Source of the DNA: Corallochytrium limacisporum Hawaii
Lineage: Eukaryota; Protista; Pluriformea
Assembly: GCA_002811645.1 (NCBI GenBank)
Contig: PDIP01000151.1
Coordinates: forward strand, 1-60,536
DNA length: 60,536 nucleotides
Direction of reading: 5' to 3'
The notes beneath the pieces are model-generated. The model did no database searches. It saw nothing but the letters and a program-made list of their open reading frames with translations, and had not been told where the DNA came from. Made by a program: the position numbers and the translations under genes. Each line of letters begins with the position of its first letter. The first letter of the stretch is position 1. This document shows positions 54,426-60,536 of this stretch, piece after piece.

Positions 54426-55101
54426 CTTGGAAAAGAACTCTCCTCAGTCCCGTGCCAGTGGTCAGCGGGCGGGATGTTTGGCACTGATTACGGTACTGCA
54501 CAGGGGAACCCTTTTGGTGGCAGAGGAGTTGTAAGAAACTCGCAACCCAATACCAAATGTACTACCCCTAAACACAACAAGATGTTGGGTCCCTTCATTT
54601 CCTTAACCGTCACCGGGTGCTTCGTAAGCAGGTCCTAAAGTGGGCATGTTCCGGAGGAGAGGAGGAAGCGGAGGAGGTTAGTTGGTTAAGTTTTGTTCCC
54701 TTTTTTTTTGTTTTTAAAGGAAGGAGCGGGTGGGATTTACCCATCATTTTGGATTAGTTGGATAGTCAGTCACGCTCTCTCTTTTCCGTAGTCTTCTTTT
54801 TCTTGCCGTCGGTCACTTCTCCTTTGTTCTCTCTCGACAACGACCTCCGGCCCCTCCCGGGCCCCGGGGGATTTTTTTTTCCCCATCTCTTCCGCAGGGT
54901 TCGGGCTGGCGGGGTCCTCTAAAGTGAAATATTCCGGCGCACACCACCGTATCGGAAGTCCATCATCCATTTTTAGCACGTACACAGTCGGCCAAAAACA
55001 CACCTCCGATTCCCCTTCCCCAGGGTGGATCGATGGAAGGGGGTCTATTTTATTGAACTATGTTTTAATGCCACGGCATCGGTGGTTGCGTACCGAGTGA
55101 T

Positions 55102-57141
55102 TCACTGCTGTTGGTGCTGCTGTTCGGATACTTTGATGGCTGCCAAGATGTCTCCGATTGCTCGGTCAACGTCAACGGCACCGAGTTGCTCCTCATGGCG
55201 ACGCAGGGTCACCGTACCGGCTTCAAGGTCGCGATCGCCAAGGACGCCAATGAATTCGTATCCACGGTCGCGGGCCTGTTTGATCTTTTTGCCAATCATG
55301 TCTTTGATACGGTAGGTGAGCACGTCGGTGTGGATACCGGCCTGGCGAAAACGATCTTGCATGTGGTGCGCCTGCTCCAAGTGGTGTGCAGTCATAGGGA
55401 TAATTACGGCCTGCCGGGGATTGAGCCACAAGGGCCACTTGCCGTTATAGTGCTCAATGATCAGGGCCATGAAACGCTCTACGCTGCCCAACATCGCACG
55501 ATGAATCATGACGGGACGGTGGGCAGTGTCTGTGGAGTCCACATATTGCAGTTTGAACCGCTCCGGCAGTTGGAAATCCAACTGAATGGTTGCCGCCTGA
55601 TGCTCTCTGCCCAGTGCGTCCGTGACGAGGATGTCAATCTTCGGTCCATAGAATGCGCCGTCACCTTCACGGACGCCAAATCCAGAACTGCCAAATGAAC
55701 TTCGCAATGCGGTCCTGAGAACATCTTCCGCACGATTCCAGGCCTGCAGATCACCAACATATTCGTCTGGTCGCGTGGACAACAGCATTCTGTAGGAAAA
55801 TCCGAAGCGATTATAGACTTCATGGACCATGTTGATGCATGACTCAATCTCTCTGTGCATTTGCTCGTGGGTACAGAAGATGTGCGCATCGTCCTGATGG
55901 AATTGCCGAACCCGAGTAAGTCCGCTTAGCGCACCACTGATCTCATTGCGGTGCAAGGTGCCGAAATCAGCCACGCGGATTGGAAGATCGCGATAACTGT
56001 GGGACTCGGATGCAAAATATAGGCAGTGACCTGGGCAATTCATCGGCTTCAAGGCGTAGGTTGGTGAGGCCTCAACGTGACCAGTTTCAGGATCTGGCAG
56101 CTGGTCTTTGATGTTTTCCTTCTCAATGAAGAACATGTCATCACTGTAGTATTTTAGATGCCCTGACTGCTCCCACAGATCGGTCTTGTAAATTACAGGT
56201 GTTCTGACCTCTTCATAGTGGTACTTTCGGTACAGATCACGCAAATACTGCAGGACAGTATTCACAATTCTGGTGCCGTGCGGAAGGAAAAAGACCGAGC
56301 CCGGCGATGCTTCATGCAACATAAAGAGCTTCTGATCTTTACCAATCACTCTGTGGTCCCGTGCAAGAAGTTCTTTCCTCTCCTGTTCCCATGCTTCCAT
56401 GAGAGCATTTCTTGGGAAGGCAATACCGGTAAGACGCAGAGTGTTGTCCACTCCGTGGACACCCGAGACGTCTAAGAGCTGCAGCGCCTTGACATGATTC
56501 CGATTGGCATACTGCATGGTCACGCCTTGGGTTATAGATGAATGATCCCCTACGCGGCAAACCGTGATCTCCTGGTCGTCTCTCCCATTGCTGTGCTTCA
56601 GCATGTCCGCAACACTGCACAGAATTTCCTCCATGGTTTCGTTGGCGGGGCTCCGGTTCTTGAGCTCTTGGACGTTCGCCAAGGGTGCCGTTTCAATCGA
56701 AGTGCGCTGCTTCGCAAGCTGCTTCACCTCGGCTTCAATGCTCTTGAACTGCGCGGGAGATAGCGTCACTCCGCGTGGCAAGACAACGTCCACGTAGAAG
56801 GCGTGTTGCTGGAAGGTCCGTGTGCCATTCGGTAAGACCGTCTGTGGTAGTGCCTGGGCTGCTCCGACATAGGCACCCTTTTGTGTGGACTGCACGGCTG
56901 ATGCAACCATCTGTGCCACTGACCGCCAATAAATTTCTCGTGAGGCGGCCTCGGTCTCGAATGTTTCTGCAATTTGATCAGGTTTTGCGGCCTGTGGGGC
57001 TGGTGCGGCTTCGAATAGCTGTTGTAGAGCGGTCACATGGCTGGAGTATAGCCGATATGGAGTATTGTATAGGTACCCTGCCAATTTTGGCTGCTGTACT
57101 AAGTTCCTGAAGTGTAGGATTGGCGCTATTCTAGTCCACAT
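55102..57141 (-). CDS. TARS2: Threonyl-tRNA synthetase, probably mitochondrial
   Basis: RDHRVIG, LKPMNCPGHC, HRNEISGALSGLTRVRQFHQDDAH, GAFYGPKID, TIQLDFQLPERF, IHRAMLGSVERF and an anticodon-binding domain; presequence-like N-terminus (MWTRIAPILHFRNL...RLYSS). Confidence 0.93.
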   Translation of the reverse strand: MWTRIAPILHFRNLVQQPKLAGYLYNTPYRLYSSHVTALQQLFEAAPAPQAAKPDQIAETFETEAASREIYWRSVAQMVASAVQSTQKGAYVGAAQALPQTVLPNGTRTFQQHAFYVDVVLPRGVTLSPAQFKSIEAEVKQLAKQRTSIETAPLANVQELKNRSPANETMEEILCSVADMLKHSNGRDDQEITVCRVGDHSSITQGVTMQYANRNHVKALQLLDVSGVHGVDNTLRLTGIAFPRNALMEAWEQERKELLARDHRVIGKDQKLFMLHEASPGSVFFLPHGTRIVNTVLQYLRDLYRKYHYEEVRTPVIYKTDLWEQSGHLKYYSDDMFFIEKENIKDQLPDPETGHVEASPTYALKPMNCPGHCLYFASESHSYRDLPIRVADFGTLHRNEISGALSGLTRVRQFHQDDAHIFCTHEQMHREIESCINMVHEVYNRFGFSYRMLLSTRPDEYVGDLQAWNRAEDVLRTALRSSFGSSGFGVREGDGAFYGPKIDILVTDALGREHQAATIQLDFQLPERFKLQYVDSTDTAHRPVMIHRAMLGSVERFMALIIEHYNGKWPLWLNPRQAVIIPMTAHHLEQAHHMQDRFRQAGIHTDVLTYRIKDMIGKKIKQARDRGYEFIGVLGDRDLEAGTVTLRRHEEQLGAVDVDRAIGDILAAIKVSEQQHQQQ

Positions 57142-58977
57142 GGTTTCTGGGCACTCCCGGATCGTCCGGAGCTTGCGAGATTTATGATCCGAGATTTACA
57201 TCGTTGTTGAATTCACATTCAAATTAGCATTCCACGAATACTACTCAGCACTATGGGGGATTCTCATACTCTTGACGTACCCCCAGAATTACCTCATTTA
57301 TGAATGGACATTCCTGTTGCACGAAACCACCCCGCCGGCCTTGGGATATGGCTGTGTTTATGGCAGGCCTCACGCAGCCTTGAAACCCCCCCCCCGGGGC
57401 GGGGTGTCGGAGGGACCCTCGACCCCACGGTGCCATGAAAGAGACCTGGATTCGAAATCAAAAACTTTCCTCGAAAAACATATAAGAGAGAAAAGTGTAC
57501 CGTAACGTTGATTTCGCCCTCTTCAATACACTGCTATGCTACAGTAACTCCTGGGCAAAGCCAGCCAGCAATCGATTAGCTTGGTTCTCTCACCCGTGGT
57601 GATTCCCCTTCCGAGAGAGCGCACCTGCTACAACGGCAAGGCCACCAGGGAGAGCCCCCCACTGCGCCCATACTCTGCCATTGCCGGACACGGTTCCTCG
57701 CAGCTTTGGCACTACGTAGAAAATAGACTCCGAATTCAGGGCCGCTAACACACTCTGGGCTTCAGCTTCTACAATTCTTATGGGAGTACCGGTGGTACCA
57801 TGGTACCGGAACCAGCACCAGTAGAGGGAAAAAGGTGTCCTGGCTCCAATGTAACGAACAGGGGAATGTTACCCCAATATAAGGGGAGGGCCTTCTCGAT
57901 GTATTCACAGGGTGAGAGTCGTTCGCTCATCAAACACTAAGCCCGATCTTGTGCAGTGTGGTCGGCTCGGCGTGCAAGAGATCACCACAGAGATTCTTTT
58001 CCTGTGAACTGTATTACAGTCGTTGTCTGAATTTGCATGCTTCATGGTGGGGAGGCCGGCGTGAGTGAGTTGCCCAGCCTGGTTGTGCCAGCTGCGGGGA
58101 CAACGAGTTCATCGGCCTCTCCCCCCTGAGTCCAGCGGGTGTCAGCAAATACGACACACGGACGAAGCGAAAGAAAAAAGAGGGAGGAATCTGGGCCGCG
58201 TTTGCAAAAGTATTTTGACAGCGCACGATTCTGATATTCCATTATATGAGCGATCACCATGAGCGAGAGGACAGGTTCTTCGTACTTTTTCTTTAAGGTT
58301 CCATTGTTCTATTGGGAAGGGGTCACTTTTGGAGAAAGCTGCAATACAAGAAGAAAGGGGGACGGGAGGGAGAAGGGTTTTAATATTTTGCGTTGCGCAA
58401 GCAAGACTTTCCGCCGAAGACTTAGGACACACATCGGTCGAGATCCGGCCTTGGAGTAAGGGGGTGGATGGAGGCGTTTTACAGTGAGAGGATCGGCCAC
58501 ACGCTTTGAGATGTGTCATACTATGCATGTTGGTCAAATGACGACAGCAACGCTTCCCGTACCTGAGTTGATCATAAACAAAACAAGGTGTGGACATGAC
58601 GATCAATGTGTTGCTCGGGTTGGGTGTAGGCAGTGCGGGCTCTGTTTCTTCACTTGCGCTCTGCATTGCCCGCTCCCCCCGCCGATATGAACGATGTGCG
58701 AGCGGGGCATTGCGCAAGCATAACTCATAGGAAAAAACATTCCGCCAATTTTTCGCCCTGAGTGTAAGGAGTTGGGGTTCTTGTTGCAGATCGAGGAAGA
58801 CAGAGAGCACTTGAACCCATGTCTTATCAATGTCACACCGTGCAGTCAGCAAACAGTGCTGTCACAGTCAATGTTGCAATTGAAAGATCAGGTATTTGAC
58901 TGAGCTGGACGGACTCACTTCACATTGCCGGAAGCCAACTCTCTGGTACTCGCCGAGATATTCGTAGAACCGTAATA

Positions 58978-60051
58978 ATGTGGGCAACCAAGGCGACAAA
59001 GCTATTTGGCAGCAAACTGCCAGTCCTCCTCGCACCAATGGCCGGTGCTGCCACGGAGGACCTAACCCTGGCTGTGGCCTCCGCCGGGGGCATTGCTGTT
59101 GCTGGTGTCGGCTTAGGATTGAAGGGAGATGCCCTCTTTAATTTGTGGAAGACCATCGGTGAAAGGACCGAGGCTCTTCCTGGTGATCGTGGACCGGTGG
59201 GTATTGGACTTGCCATGTACCCCCTGCGGAGGGACAAGAGTCAAGTGGCAGAATTCGAGCAACTTCTTTCGGGGACAGGACGGTACGAGGGAGTTATGCG
59301 TCCTCAGCTCCTTTGGCTGTCGGCCGATGAACCCTACAATGCTGAACCCAAGGAGTGGGTGGACTGGGCCCGAAAGCATGGACCTGCGGACATGCGGTTG
59401 ACATATATGACCGGCAACATGACACAGCTTGTGGCCGCAGCTAAGGCTGGGTTTGATGCGGTGATTGCGCAGAGCAGCGATGCCGGAGGCCATCAGATCT
59501 TTGACCCAGATGGCCTCGGCGAGTTGAGCACACTGCAAATGATCAATGAAGCTCGTCAGGCTCTCGACCGTGAGGGCCTTGGTGATTCAACTGTGCTCAT
59601 TGCAGCCGGAGGAATCGCCAATGGAGCAACCGCTGCCGCTGCTTTCACCCTGGGTGCTGATGCTTTCGTAATGGGCTCGGCCTACCTGACCACTGCTGAG
59701 AGCACTTACTCTGATTCCAAGAAAGACCTCATCGTGCGCTCCAAGAGGACATGCAAAACGCGCTTTTGGGATGAAATGACCGGCCTTTGGCCCAAGGAGT
59801 ACGGTGGCCGCTCAGTCAACAATAAGCTGTTGGCAGAGTACCGATCAAAGCCTGAGTCTTCTGCATCCCAGTACAAGGATACATTCGCCAAGGCCACTGC
59901 CGACGGTGATGTAGAGGGTATGAGCGTCTGGTGCGGCACTGGTATCAATCAGATCAATGAAAGAAACCACTCCGCTGCCGATTTTACCCGCAGGGTTTGT
60001 GACGATGCCGAAGCAATCCTGCGCAGGACTCCTACGGCCGTACTCCAGTAG
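58978..60051 (+). CDS. Nitronate monooxygenase / 2-nitropropane dioxygenase family flavoprotein
   Basis: PVLLAPMAG, AVASAGG, AQSSDAGGH (catalytic His), IAAGGIANG, LGADAFVMGSAYL.TAES. Confidence 0.9.
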   Translation: MWATKATKLFGSKLPVLLAPMAGAATEDLTLAVASAGGIAVAGVGLGLKGDALFNLWKTIGERTEALPGDRGPVGIGLAMYPLRRDKSQVAEFEQLLSGTGRYEGVMRPQLLWLSADEPYNAEPKEWVDWARKHGPADMRLTYMTGNMTQLVAAAKAGFDAVIAQSSDAGGHQIFDPDGLGELSTLQMINEARQALDREGLGDSTVLIAAGGIANGATAAAAFTLGADAFVMGSAYLTTAESTYSDSKKDLIVRSKRTCKTRFWDEMTGLWPKEYGGRSVNNKLLAEYRSKPESSASQYKDTFAKATADGDVEGMSVWCGTGINQINERNHSAADFTRRVCDDAEAILRRTPTAVLQ

Positions 60052-60536
60052 GCAGCACTCCCCGACCCTCTCCGGCTCAGACACTTGGTGGGCCTTTACC
60101 CAGAAAGAACCCGACCCACACCAAAAGGTGCGATTTGTTTTTTTAGGGTGGCATGAAGAAATCGATTAAATCAGAACTCTGCACGCCTGTGCACCAATGG
60201 GTAGAAAATGTATAGGTATATATGTCTTGATTGTGTGATTAAAAGACCACAGGTAAGGGATCTTGGCGGGTGTACTCGCAGAAGCGGAAAGTACTTTTAC
60301 ATGTCACCTGTCCAAATTTAAATTAATGTGAAAGGCTTGGAATTTCTGGGCTCCGTATAATTAGAATTCTCGACCAACCTTACCCAAAAAGCAAAGCATT
60401 CCCTCTTTTCTCGTGGAATCGCTACTACCATTGAGCCTCACCAGTTACTTTGACACTGTCCCCGACCTCCCATGGTGGGGGTACCTCAAATTCCCACTAT
60501 TCTCGATATGTGGAGAGGAAGTTTTACCCCCCCCCC

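Noticed and set aside
57794-57807. Perfect 14-bp palindrome GGTACCATGGTACC
   Set aside because: A few palindromes of this length are expected by chance in 60 kb; no supporting context.

Overview
Eukaryotic chromosome end. It starts with (CCCTAA)n telomeric repeats (TTAGGG type), followed by 20 protein-coding genes that all read as single uninterrupted ORFs, and it contains four assembly gaps. The gene set mixes a holozoan-type MRCK/DMPK kinase and TTC36 with genes animals generally lack: ARO7-type chorismate mutase, fungal-type mitochondrial MutS/MSH1, a two-component receiver protein and a rhodopsin-guanylyl cyclase. Together with the near absence of introns, this suggests an intron-poor unicellular holozoan such as Corallochytrium (inference only). 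The main candidates for new biology are: (1) an 8-TM microbial rhodopsin-guanylyl cyclase with only a half catalytic site, implying an obligate heterodimer; (2) an AMPK/MARK-family kinase fused to tandem FixL-type heme-PAS domains and lacking the LKB1 activation-loop Thr, a candidate gas-sensing kinase; (3) a DHp-like plus receiver protein with no ATPase domain; (4) a loose HPPD / chorismate mutase / TTC36 tyrosine-metabolism cluster beside the photoreceptor and SOD1; (5) an unknown two-repeat Cys protein next to the telomere. Most genes sit in tight tail-to-tail pairs, while upstream intergenic regions are long and carry recurrent AT-rich islands.
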